The notes under the pieces were generated by a model. It did not search any database, was not told the origin of the DNA, and worked only from the letters and a program-made list of their open reading frames with translations. A stretch of DNA of 64,000 nt. Source: Nemertoderma westbladi. Lineage: Eukaryota > Animalia > Xenacoelomorpha. The number at the start of each line of letters is the position of its first letter. Within the stretch, counting starts at the first letter, position 1. The position numbers and the translations under genes were made by a program. Where the stretch lies: the NCBI GenBank assembly GCA_032718475.1, contig JAUCBJ010008071.1, positions 19,829-83,828 on the forward strand, written 5' to 3'. Shown here one piece after another: positions 12,783 to 24,648 of this stretch.

Positions 12783-14414
12783 GGTAAAGTTTCCGCTATA
12801 GATGAGTTGAACAATAACTCAGCTCATGTTCCCGTTTCGTGTACTATGCAATTCCCAATTACAAAATCAAATACAATAAGATACTCCAAACAATGTAAAA
12901 TAAAATGGTGTTATATTTAAAAGCGCTTATCACTGGTTACATCACTTTTGGGGCACTGTCAATCAAATCCTAGGATGTACAGCAGGCAGTTTTCAACAAA
13001 GAATAGTTCCATGCTGGCGGAGTTCAGGTTTGGAGAAGCACTACAAACTGATCTTAGAAAGAGACACAACTGATGCAAAGATGCAGCCTTCATTCTTCAA
13101 GTTAGATGAGAAGACAAATCTAAGTAACACCAGTTCTGAGCGAATTAACTGTAAAGCGGGCCATCACCAAAATACACAAAAGTAAAAGCCCTGATAAAAT
13201 ATGCTTGTGATAGAACATATTTTATTATATAGAACATATTATAGGTATTAATATAGAAGTAGTTTGCTTTTAGCTGACATCCGATAGAAATAAGATAAAT
13301 AAAACGATATGTTAGCCAGTTTTCATTAATTATATTATCGAATGCATTTCGCGTTGGCTCTTCAGCTCTTCACACAATATTTTTACCGCTGAAGAGCCAA
13401 CGCGAAATGCATTCGAACATATTATATAAATAATCACCTGTACAAGGAATCCAGTGATAACATTTCTTGGGAGTAAAATTACTCCCATCGAATAGGAGGG
13501 CTCTCTCTGAATGTGTAAGATTAATAACCATATCGACCTAACTCCACAGCAACTAGATTCCATAGAATCAGATGGACAGTTCAGAACTACCCTGTAACAG
13601 TCGTCTCCAGATTTTGGAAAGGTTTTGCAGTTCCAGTGCTCTAATATCTTTTATCAAGTTCCACATGTCTGGGTGCCTCACAGTTGATGAACCCAACTCA
13701 ATAGAGGTGTACAATGATAATAGTTGGGGTATCTCAGTAATATGGTTGTGGACCATGATAATAGTTGGGGTATCTCAGTAATATTGCTGTTGCTGTGATA
13801 TTCAGCCATGTCCGGGAGAATTTGATAAAGTGGTAAGATAGTTTATGAGATTGCAAATAAACTACACACAGAACTAAGCGGGATAATTTAATATCAAAGA
13901 TTTATGTATCTTTGATATTAATTATAATAAAATGAAATAAGATTGGACTAATTCAATGTTTTAATTTCATAATGCAGTCTTAATTAATCAATCTATGTAT
14001 ACTATACTGTAGGCATCCCATTAAATTATTGAATTAGTAAATTATTATAAATTATTTTATTAAATTATGTATATGGTCGCTGTTGTAGAGTAAAGTGGAG
14101 AAGCAGCCAGGCCTTTGAGGACGGTGCAGGATTGTTGTGTGGTTGGGTGGTTGGTGGCTGGGTGCAGTAATTGAAGCAAACAAGCCTCCCCGACCTGTCG
14201 GTTAGGCCTACCAACTACTGTACTATTTTTGTTTTTAAATTTCCTACTGTTTTTAATAGTCCTAAAATTTTTTTTTAAAACATCCATTGCTAAGCAACAT
14301 ATTAAATACTCTTCTGGTGGTGGGAAATATTCGTTTAGTATTTTACCGATATGTATGTATATTGTTTATAATAATTATTATAATTAAATTACTAATATCT
14401 AAAATATAAATGGA

Positions 14415-17400
14415 TTCAGGTCAGGTCAGGTCCCCAGATCCTGCTACCACTATGGCAGTAATGTGGTACTACCTGTAGCTGTCAGCCCAGTAGGGCAGGC
14501 CTGATAAGCATAGCCTATTCATTATTTAGTTGATCAAGAGTGGGTTGGTTCAGCCCCGTCAACTAAATAAGTCATTGAGGGCTATAGCGCCTAGGGCACT
14601 ATTGAAGGCAAAGGCTTGATACGCATCTGCATTAGAGATGATACAAGCCCCGCCCTGTCTATACTGGATGCTCCTCTACCTGTGTTAGGTAACCTAACCC
14701 AGGAGGCACACTTGGTTCAGGGTGTAACAAATGGACCCCTACAGTCGGCAGCAGGGCTGTAGGCCATGGATAGGCGGAAGGTAATCAACAAACGGCTAGA
14801 CATGCTGACAAGGTCGGCGGAAGGTAATCAACCAACGGCGACCTACTGCGAAGACGCTTGTAGGAGTTGCGACCACAAGCGGTTTACTCCCGCAACTGAA
14901 AGATATGAGTATGAGAACCCTCCAGGAGAAATACCGGCTCGGTCGTCGCCCGGGTCAACAAGGACCGCGTCCCTCAGTGGTACACCAGGCTGGGGTCGAT
15001 AAATTGGCTACTGGAACAGAAGACAGAGAAGAAAGAAGAACCAACCTGTTGAAATGTAAAAAGACACTAAAGATTGCTACAATGAACGCACGCACGCTGA
15101 AAGCACAGAGCAAACAGGGTGACATGGTCGCTCTGGCAATGGAATATAACATCGACATCATCTGCATCCAAGAACAACGGATTTGTCATGTAGACACTGC
15201 CATGAAGTACAATGACATTGGAAATGGATGGACGTTAGTAACAAGCTCAGCAGTAAGAAACTCGGCCAATGCATCAATTGGTGGAGTAGGAATTCTGCTA
15301 AGCCCATTTGCACTTAAGACCCTAAACAACATCGAATCTATAAATTCCAGGGTTATGATCGCAACATTTGATGGGAATCCCAAGACAACAGTTATATGTT
15401 GCTACAGTCCAACCAATGCATCAGAGCCAGAACAAGCAGTCAAGTTTTATGAAGAACTGACTGGACTTATTAAGGACATCCCGAAACACAATGTTAAAGT
15501 CATTGCTGGTGACCTGAATGCACAAATTGGCCCAGAAGACATCAAGGGTTACACCTATAACACCAGTTCTAACAGAAATGGGTACTTACTCTTAGACCTA
15601 ATGGAAGAATGTGAATTGATACCAACAAACAACACATTCGAAAAGAGTAAGGGGAAGCTATGGACCTTTCAATACCCTAATGGAACCAAAGCACAACTGG
15701 ATTACATCCTTATAAACAAAAAGTGGAGAAATAGCATGATCAACTGCGAGGCATACAGCTCGTTCAACCTAATTGGTTCGGACCACAGAATTGTGACTGT
15801 AGAGATCAGACTCAGTTTGAGAGCCAGCAAACCCAGAACAAGCAAGCAAATCAACTATGACTGGGAGAAACTCAGAACTGACAATGCTGTAAAGGATGCT
15901 TATACAGTAGAAGTTCAAAACCGCTTTGAAGCACTTCAGTCAATGGATGAAGACCAATCCACCGATTCAATATACCAGAATATAATAACAGCCCACAAGG
16001 AATCAGCTAAGAGGCATATCCCCCAGAAACCTAAACGAAAACAGTATGTGCCATGGCAAAACTCTGAGGTTACTTGTAAGAGAGAAGATCTTAAGATAGC
16101 CTACAAAGTTAAAACCGAACAACCAACAACCGAAAACATTAACAAGGTTGAGAAAGCTAAGGACGATCTTAAATTGGCCTACAACATCAGCCAGGAAAAG
16201 TACATACAGGATAAAACTGAAGCAATTACAACTGCTCACATACAGCAACAATCAAGACTTACCTGGCAGACTGTAAATGAGGTATCTGGTCGGAAAAGCT
16301 GTGCAAAGGGGCGCCTCAAAGCCGATAGTCCTGAAGAATGTGTTGGGAAGTGGAAAAATCACTTCAGCAACTTGCTTGGGCAGCCACCAAACATCGAGGT
16401 CAGCCCTACAAGGAAAATATATGACAAGACACTACCTATAGAAACAGGGGACTTCACACCTGCCGAACTCCAAAGAAGCATTAAAAGCATGTCCAATAAT
16501 AAAGCGAGTGGATTAGATGAAATCCCAGCGGAGGTATGGAAAACCGGAGTGCTAAATAGACCATTATTGAATGTTTGCAACCGGATGTTAAAAGGGGAAA
16601 AGCCACCACCAATTTGGACTAAAGGTCAACTAAAGCCTCTCCCCAAGAAAGGAGACCTCGGCATACCAACAAACTATCGTGGGATCTGTCTGCTTGTGGT
16701 AGCTGCCAAAATATACAATAAAATGATTCTATATAGGATTAGGCCTCACATAGAGAAACTACTGCGTAAGAGCCAAAACGGATTTCGACCAAGTAGATCA
16801 ACAATAGCTCAGATACTTGCACTACGGAGACTGATTGAAGGAATTAAGTCAAAGAATCTCCCCGCAGTCATGACTTTTGTGGACTTCAAGAAGGCATTCG
16901 ACTCCATCCATAGAGGTAAAATGCTTGAAATCCTAAGAGCTTATGGAATACCAGAAGTAATTGTTGCTGGCATTGGATTGTTATATTGTGACACAGAAGC
17001 GCAGGTACTCTCACCAGATGGTGAAACTGAGTTTTTCTCAATCCTGGCTGGCGTACTGCAAGGTGACACATTAGCACCATTACTATTTGTAATTGTGCTG
17101 GATTACGCAATGAGGACGGCCACAAAGGGTGAAGATCTGGGATTCACACTTCAAGAACGCAGAAGTAGTAGATATCCGGCAACTACAGTCACAGACACCG
17201 ACTTTGCGGATGACATCGCCCTGCTCTCTAATACGCTAGCTGATGCACAGCTTCTACTAAATAAAGTGGAGAGGGCTGCTAAGGAGGTTGGATTGCATAT
17301 AAATGCTACCAAGACCGAATTCATGACCTTTAATGTTGATGGAAACTTGACAACCATTGATAATAATCAACTTAGGAAGGTAGATGACTTCCAGTACCTT

Positions 17401-17960
17401 GGATCGTGGATAGAGAGTAGCAAAAAGGACATAGAAGTTAGGAAAGCAAAGGCTTGGGTAGCTCTATCAAAAATGGATACCATCTGGAAATCAGATCTCT
17501 CCAGGCACCTGAAGACCAAGTTCTTTCGAGCCACAGTGGAAAGTGTATTTTTATACGGTGGTGAGACCTGGACACTGACTAAATCACTTGAACAACGAAT
17601 TGATGGTTGCTACACAAGACTACTAAGGGCAGCCCTAAACATCAGCGGGAGACAACACATGACAAACGCCGAGCTTTATGGTACAATACAACCTGTATCA
17701 ACCACCCTCCGTGAGTGCAGATTAAGATTCAGTGGGCACTGCTGGCGAAGTAAAGACGAGGTCATACCAGATCTACTTTTATGGCAACCAACTCATGGAA
17801 AGCGTAGTCGTGGACGACCTGCCATAACATATATAGATCAACTTGAAAGGGATACTGAACTTGGGAGAAACGAAATTGCGACAACTATGGAGAATCGGGA
17901 AGCCTGGAAGGATCTAATTTCCACTGTCCGAGTTCGCTCGACCTAGTAGTAGTAGTAGTA
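14415..17960 (+). mobile_element. Full-length RTE-clade non-LTR retrotransposon
   Basis: ~490-bp structured 5' UTR, a single EN+RT ORF, and a (TAG)5 tail that begins at the stop codon; no clear TSD. Confidence 0.9.
14905..17946 (+). CDS. RTE ORF: APE endonuclease plus reverse transcriptase, 1013 aa, uninterrupted
   Basis: EN motifs TMNARTL, IQEQR, YSP, GDLNA, LDYIL, SDH; RT motifs FVDFKKAFDSI, GVLQGDTLAP, DFADD, FQYLGS; RTE-type C-terminus LRFSGHCWR..GKRSRGRP. Confidence 0.95.
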   Translation: MSMRTLQEKYRLGRRPGQQGPRPSVVHQAGVDKLATGTEDREERRTNLLKCKKTLKIATMNARTLKAQSKQGDMVALAMEYNIDIICIQEQRICHVDTAMKYNDIGNGWTLVTSSAVRNSANASIGGVGILLSPFALKTLNNIESINSRVMIATFDGNPKTTVICCYSPTNASEPEQAVKFYEELTGLIKDIPKHNVKVIAGDLNAQIGPEDIKGYTYNTSSNRNGYLLLDLMEECELIPTNNTFEKSKGKLWTFQYPNGTKAQLDYILINKKWRNSMINCEAYSSFNLIGSDHRIVTVEIRLSLRASKPRTSKQINYDWEKLRTDNAVKDAYTVEVQNRFEALQSMDEDQSTDSIYQNIITAHKESAKRHIPQKPKRKQYVPWQNSEVTCKREDLKIAYKVKTEQPTTENINKVEKAKDDLKLAYNISQEKYIQDKTEAITTAHIQQQSRLTWQTVNEVSGRKSCAKGRLKADSPEECVGKWKNHFSNLLGQPPNIEVSPTRKIYDKTLPIETGDFTPAELQRSIKSMSNNKASGLDEIPAEVWKTGVLNRPLLNVCNRMLKGEKPPPIWTKGQLKPLPKKGDLGIPTNYRGICLLVVAAKIYNKMILYRIRPHIEKLLRKSQNGFRPSRSTIAQILALRRLIEGIKSKNLPAVMTFVDFKKAFDSIHRGKMLEILRAYGIPEVIVAGIGLLYCDTEAQVLSPDGETEFFSILAGVLQGDTLAPLLFVIVLDYAMRTATKGEDLGFTLQERRSSRYPATTVTDTDFADDIALLSNTLADAQLLLNKVERAAKEVGLHINATKTEFMTFNVDGNLTTIDNNQLRKVDDFQYLGSWIESSKKDIEVRKAKAWVALSKMDTIWKSDLSRHLKTKFFRATVESVFLYGGETWTLTKSLEQRIDGCYTRLLRAALNISGRQHMTNAELYGTIQPVSTTLRECRLRFSGHCWRSKDEVIPDLLLWQPTHGKRSRGRPAITYIDQLERDTELGRNEIATTMENREAWKDLISTVRVRST

Positions 17961-17964
17961 AATA

Positions 17965-18078
17965 ATTATACTGTATAACGGTTAATATATTATACTGCAT
18001 AACGGTTAATATATTATACTGTATAATGGGCTAATATATTATACTGTATAAAGGCTAATATATTTATACTGTATAACA
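17965..18078 (+). repeat. AT-rich ~22-bp minisatellite (TATTATACTGTATAACGGTTAA)
   Basis: About 5 degenerate direct copies. Confidence 0.7.
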
Positions 18079-18093
18079 CGGACTAATGTAGGT

Positions 18094-19747
18094 ACAGCGC
18101 CATATACCGTAACAAAAGGGGTGCCCCAAAATACCTCTTATGTGCTGTAAACTAAATATTAAACATCTCCTCAAATTACAAAACTACAGAAATCGTGGAA
18201 GTATAAGAATGACTCCTACCGAAAAGTAACCTATAGTAGTCAGTAGCTAGTGGATCTTAAGACGCGCGTGTGTGTGTGTGTGTTACGAATAAAACAATTT
18301 TGGTGTATCGCCGTTATACTAGGTTTTAGTGATTTTAATCAAAATACAATACTCGGGCGCTAGCTACTCGAATAAGCTAGTCGCACGCTGTAGGCTCAAT
18401 ACTTACAAACTGACGTCAACACTCATCCTCTCTCTCTCCTTATCCACAACTCAACCGGGCAATTACGGTGTTAGTAACTACACCCGTGATCGGCACTAAA
18501 TACCAGATTCTGATTGTGAGATAAGAGAATAGGTGTTAATTACTACCGTACGTTAGCTGATCTGGTATACAAATTTATTCTAGAACTTTGTTACTGCGGT
18601 GGTTAGCAGTAAATACCTATCAGTACGTGGCAAGGGCGCGGTAGGATGTTAGTAAACCTCCCTAGGCCAAACATGTGCCGGTAGCAGAAAGCTGCCTCTT
18701 GCCTGATCAAATATTTTGGACTCAGACAGGTCGGGCAAACTATAAGGCCTACAAAGCTGAACCGGTACCGTACTGTCAGTACTGCAAATCACCAAATTAT
18801 AGAGCATGTGCTATTCGCACCTAAAGTGTACTTGCGCGTACTAACGAACAGCAACAGCTCACACCTGTAGGAGATACAGGTTGATCCGGGGTTTTTCCTG
18901 TCTGAATCTGAGATATTTAATCCTAAATTTTACGGCGTCCCAGGACGGCGTCACGCTTTACCCTGATCTAAGGTCTTACTGCGGGCAAGGGCGTCAAACA
19001 AAGTCTTACCTTCCTCTGAAGTGGGCGCTTTATGGCAAGAGGTCATACTTCGAATGGGCGCGGGCGAAGATAATGTGGGCGCTTAATGTGTTGTGGACAT
19101 CCTTTCCCTGCGTTGCTGAAGCCTAACGGTCTAGGCAGCCATCTCCCAAGCGTTTGGCCGTCCCAAAGGTAGATACGTTAAAACTACATGTTCAAGAGTT
19201 TGCAGTATATTAACGTAATTACAAAGACTTATCAACTTAAACTTTACAAATAACAAAAGGACTAAACTAAAGTAAGAGAGATAAGTAACAAATGACAAGG
19301 GTTATAGTGATAATGACATTGTGCATTAGTACACTAAGGTGATAACCGAAGGATAAACTGCCCCTTATATAGCAAATCCTAGGCATGGAATTAACTAGTA
19401 CATTCGACAACATTCCATGGCCGCACATTGGAGCAATAAGTTATTAAATGACCCTATGATTGGCCCAACCCATCGTTCCATGTGTTGTACGCACCTCATT
19501 GGCTTACCTAATTTAATGAAACCGAAAATTTAACAGCCAAAATGCAAATTTCCCGACCAAGATTCGAACCCCTGACCTACCTAGAATGTAACCAACGCCT
19601 TAACCTATCTGACCACTGCGCCAATAGAATCACCAGTGAACTTATAACTACTAATAGGAAGTAGGCATATTACAACTACTACAAATCAAGGCAAAATACG
19701 TCGGATTTAGAAAGTTTTTACGTGGTACTGTAGATTGCTACTTAACA
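18094..19747 (-). mobile_element. Probable 5' LTR plus PBS remnant of a Gypsy-type element
   Basis: The minus strand starts TGTTAAG at 19747, has a TATA box (CTATATAAGGGG, ~19361-19372), ends GGGGCACCCCTTTTGTTACGGTATA, then TGGCGCTGT (PBS-like, 18094-18102). No coding remnant follows. Confidence 0.45.
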
Positions 19748-19889
19748 GTGAAATAATCCAACAGGGGGGGGGGGGGGTGCAGATTAAAAGGGCTGAACAT
19801 ATACTGTCCCCCTTTCTTTAATTGATTGGTGGTGTGGGTAAATTTCTCAAATACTGATTTTGTGATACAGTCACTCAATTTTAATTTGT

Positions 19890-20060
19890 ATCTCATAACT
19901 GGGCCTCGTGCTGCGCGAAGGCCCCACGAACGTGTTCTGTTGCTCTGTTGTTCTGTCGATCTGTTGTTCTGTCGTTCTGTTGTGTCCAATTTTAAACGTT
20001 AATAACTCAGCCAAATGTTAATGAAATTTAACCAAACTTGGTACACATGTAGTCTGGCAA
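19890..20060 (+). mobile_element. HINE-like 5' fragment
   Basis: GTGCTGCGCGAAGGCCCCAC hairpin, CTGTT/CTGTC microsatellite and ATAACTCAG...AAACTTGGTACAC core. Confidence 0.5.
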
Positions 20061-22162
20061 AAGTTTAGAAATTTTCCAAGTTGAATTTGCGTGGGGTCTT
20101 CGTGCAGCATCTGTGTAACTGTCCTACAGTTATAATAAATTTATCTACCCAAAAATTATTAGGCTTGGCATCAGCTGGTTGCTAGGAAACTAAATCGGCT
20201 GGGTTTCTGGCAAATTATAAAATTACAGTAATACCATTGTTGGCCTGTCTGCCTGTACTATACTCAATCCCTGAATCTGGAATCAGACAATACTATCATA
20301 CTGTATTCGGTGTTTTACGGTACTGGCTGAGTAACCGGTGCAGTGATTATAGATCACGTATACTGGTACAGGACAGGCCTAATTCTGTAATTCCAGAATT
20401 CTGTAGGCCCTAATTAGCCATGCACTGCAGTGCGGACTGCGGTCCTGAATTAGTTTAGAGGGTCTGTTGGCGCCGTACCGCCCTACTACTGTCACTGTGA
20501 GACTGTACAGTACAACCGGCTGACCGGACCAGTAGCAACTGCCAACTACATAACTACCGGTACGGTACTGAACTACGACAACACTACCGCATTTCCATGC
20601 TCCTGTCAGCAATGAAAGAAAATTAATTTCTTCGTTTACGGTTTCTGCTCTTGTTAACGGTTTAATATGTTAATTAAAGACTATGTATTGGTACGACCGA
20701 CGGCACCGGCAACTGGCATAATCAGATGTAGATGTACATAACAATCTGCCAATACAACAATAGCAATAGGCCTACCCCTACCAACCATCCATCGACTCGG
20801 CAACTGCAACCATGGAAGGTATGCGGACTACCCAGCTGACCGGCATTCTAAGTTCAGCTACCCACTACCTAGAGTCTACCCAGCTGCCCAGAGAAGTGTT
20901 GGAATTGAAATCAAACAACTCACCACCAAGGCCGCCTCTATGTCTGTTGACCTCGACTTTCGGTATCGCTTCCGCTATGGGCAAAATAGACTAACCATAA
21001 CCGAGGATGAAATATTCCGGTTTTTTAATCTCACTCTGCCATCACCCAGTGCCCGGCGGTGTTGAAATTGCCACGCATAGTACTAGTAGTGCAAGCTTAA
21101 TAAATAATTAATATATGGCGATATTTCAGACCATCATGATAAGCGAAGCTCTTATTGTTAATTACATCACGATTGAGAGTTGTCACAAATTGAATACCGT
21201 AGCAATATCAATATAATTAGACCAAAGACTTGTCACAATACGTTTCCTCTAAAGGAAAACACAATCACCAGACTTGAGTCCTTACATAATTAATTAGTCC
21301 GACATTTGTTTGTTATACTGTGTTGTCACACCCTCTCGGTACTGTATATCAGTGAAATATAATAGATGATCAAATACCGTATTAGACTGAGCAAAAATAG
21401 AGCAAATCAATACATCGTGGGAGAAAAAGGAGAAACAAATAGATACACTAGAACGGCCTTTGTTGAAGGTACACTACCGCCATTCCCGTTCAATGTATCA
21501 GACCGGACATTAGGAGTCATTTCTGTATGTTTTATTAAGTAACCGGACGATGTCAAAAATATACGAAAATTGAGATTGAAAGAACGTTTTTTATCAAATG
21601 CGCTAACAGATCACTACAAAATGTCAGATCTACTGTAGCCTAGGTAGGATACCACCAGCCACTCGGTGGGATAAATATTTCTCCATTTGACGCAACACCG
21701 CCGCGGCCGCTATGAGGGAGGTGAATACCGCGGCCGCTCCTAAAGCCGCAGGCCATCGCTAACTATATAGGTTAACTTGGGATTCTGGGGGACTTTTCGA
21801 TGAAGGAACAGACCAAATTTTTTTATTTTCTCACCAGGGGAGCGGCTCGGAATTCTAAGATATTAGCAACTCTAACATTATTAAATCTAACCCTTCGACG
21901 GACACGGCGGACAAAAATCCGTCATTTTTTCGACAATTTTAAAAAATTTTTTTGGAAAGGCGCTCTACAGTGGCTCGAAAAAACCCTAGGTTATTGCTTA
22001 GCCGACGCCGGGATACGATAGAAGGGATTAATTAGTGAATTCGTTTTGTTTTTCAAAAAAGATTACCACGCCTTTTTTCCGAAAATGTCCGTCAAAGTTG
22101 AAAAAACGGACAAAATGACTTTGCGGGATCCGCTATAACTCGGCTAATATTAATCGTACTCA

Positions 22163-22337
22163 GAATCCAGTCTCCCGGGTATATCCAGCGGGTGAATGGA
22201 CGCGCACTAGGCTGGCTTCTGCTAATGTTGTGTTTATTGGTATTAAATATTTGTCAATTTCTAAAGTCTATTTATAAACCAAAAGACATATAAATTTTGG
22301 CAGGTTAAACTGCTAAAGGTCTTCAAAAGCGCGTACA
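22163..22337 (+). repeat. Remnant (3' 175 bp) of the BEL 5' LTR
   Basis: Direct repeat of 40905-41079; the upstream part is replaced by unrelated repeat-like DNA (~21740-22162). Confidence 0.85.
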
Positions 22338-22399
22338 ATAACAGTTATTGACTTTATTGCAGTAAGCAATAAAGTTGAAAGTACCGGTCGACCGGTAAA

Positions 22400-23300
22400 C
22401 CTGAACCGGTACTGCTGTAGGTCTGTAGGCCCAACTGCCAGAATCGGTACTGCTGTAGGTCCGTAGGCCCAACTGCCAGAATCGGTACTGCTGTAGGTCC
22501 GTAGGCCCAACTGCCAGAATCGGTACTGCTGTAGGTCCGTAGGCCCAACTGCCTGAACCGGTACTGCTGTAGGTCTGTAGGCCCAACTGTCCTAACCGGT
22601 ACTTCCAGTATAAGTACATTAGTATTATTCGATTTTGATTATTGTATACCGGTAGGTCTCGATATTAAATCGGGGACGCCTGGTTTTTATTGGGATTTTA
22701 CTTAGGTCTATTTCTGTCAGTTTATTTCCTAGTAAGTTAATATTGAGCTGAAGACGTGTAAGTCTGCTCAGATTGTTCAGATAATTGTAGGCCGGACTAT
22801 TGTCGGACTGTTGTTGAGTCTGGAGAGATTGCGGCGTGTGTGGAGTTTGTCCGATAAAGTGCCAGTTAGTAAGTTGGGGCAGCCAGAGCTGTAAGGTCAA
22901 TCCCCTCTTAAAGAATAAGTCGTACTACCGTGTTAGAACGCATACTAACTAACCATTTCGGAATCTGCATATACTGTAGTTTATTTAGGCTTGACAGTAT
23001 TCTACCAGCGTTTTGGCCTGTGTTTGTTTGTGTGGTCTGTTCAGGTACCGTAATAGTTATTACTCAGATATTTTGTAGGCTGGATTGTTGTCTAGCTATT
23101 ATTAGGTCTGAAGAGATTGCTGCGTTGTAGAGTTTGTCTGATAAAGTGCCAGTTAGTAAGTTGGGGCAGCCAGTGCTGTAAGGTCAATCCCCTCTTAAAG
23201 AATAAGTCGTACTACCGTGTTAGAACGCATACTAACTAACCATTTTGGAATCTGCACATACTGTAGTTTATTTAGGCTTGGTGGTAGTCTGCCAGCGTTT
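22400..23300 (+). repeat. Tandem repeats in the BEL 5' leader: ~38-bp unit x5 (22400-22600) and a ~287-bp-period duplication (22824-23010 / 23111-23300)
   Basis: Direct sequence comparison. Confidence 0.8.
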
Positions 23301-24648
23301 GGTTTGTATTTGTTTGAGTATTCTGTACGGGTAGCGTAATATTTATTATTCAGAGTTTATGCGATTATTCGCAACATTCATGTCCCCAAGTTTATACCTA
23401 CAGTAATTGTGCTTGTTACACATACCGTTATAGTTAAATTAACCCCGGTACTACACGGGCTGCTTGGCGTAGGTAAAGACTGGTGACTTTGTGCTCCGGT
23501 CACTCCAGCAGATGCCGTGGTTCTTTTAACTGTTCAAGTATATTTAACTACTGATTATTTGTTGTACCAGTACTTGTACCTAATTTAGGGTTTAGTGTAC
23601 AGTGCTTTCTGAAAGTAATTAGTGTGTAGGCAGTATATTTGTGTTGTAAAGTGGTTAATAGGCACGTTGGATCTGGTAGTCCGCGGTAATTAACTTCCAG
23701 GTAGGAACACTCCGTGATACATAACGTAGTACCTATAGCGATACGGCTATAGGTCGTCAGGCGGTGGTATTTTTCCTATCTGGACAGTGCAATATATTTA
23801 CTACTACTTATTATTTTCAAATACCGTAGTACCCTGTCCATTGTAATAATCAGAATCCTAACCCTTTGTTAGGCTGGTTTGTAGACTTCCTGTAAAATTA
23901 CCCTAAAAATTTCGTACGTAATATTTTGTTGTGTTTAATTAGAGAATAAATCTCACCCGTATCGTACGTAATTTATAGTATTAAGTAACTTAGGTAAATT
24001 AGAATTATCTGTTTTAGTGTCCAATAATTAGCACTTCACTGAGAGCGCACAGCTTCTGTGTAGGGACTCCCCCCAGAAATAATAACATTTATTTCAAATA
24101 TTGACAAAACCCATTTTAAACGGGTATATAAATATTATAAATCAACTCAAACGATTTATAAATAGTAGGCCTGCCATACAACAACTAGGTCTCAATATCA
24201 GTTGGACTACTGCTTAAATAACGGTAACAAAGTAAGTTAAAGTAACCAAGTAACCCTAAAATATTCAGAAATTCAATTATTCTAAAATAATTGACATACC
24301 GGTATTTACCATAGGCTTATTATATTTATTTCTATAAATTTGGGCTGAAATCATACCGGTATTCTGTAATTAATTCTAGTTCATAATTATACTTATATAT
24401 ACTATAAGTGTAAGCTGTATACCGGTATTCACGATAGGCCTATTATATATTTATATATATTTGTGCTAAAATTATATACCGGTACTCTGTGACAAAACTA
24501 GTTTACAATACTTATATATATTATAAGTGTATACCGGTATTCTAATACACTGTAATAAATTAACGGTACTAGGCCAACGGTCATACTGAATTACTAGACT
24601 TGCTTTAACTGTAACTATAGCAGTAGGCATTCAACCGTATAGCTAAAC

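Noticed and set aside
13330-13830. Coding-like segment that might be an upstream iGluR exon
   Set aside because: Stops in all frames over the full span and no recognisable iGluR motif.
14370-14378. AATAATTAT as TSD of the RTE
   Set aside because: Low-complexity match about 35-40 bp away from the apparent 5' end.
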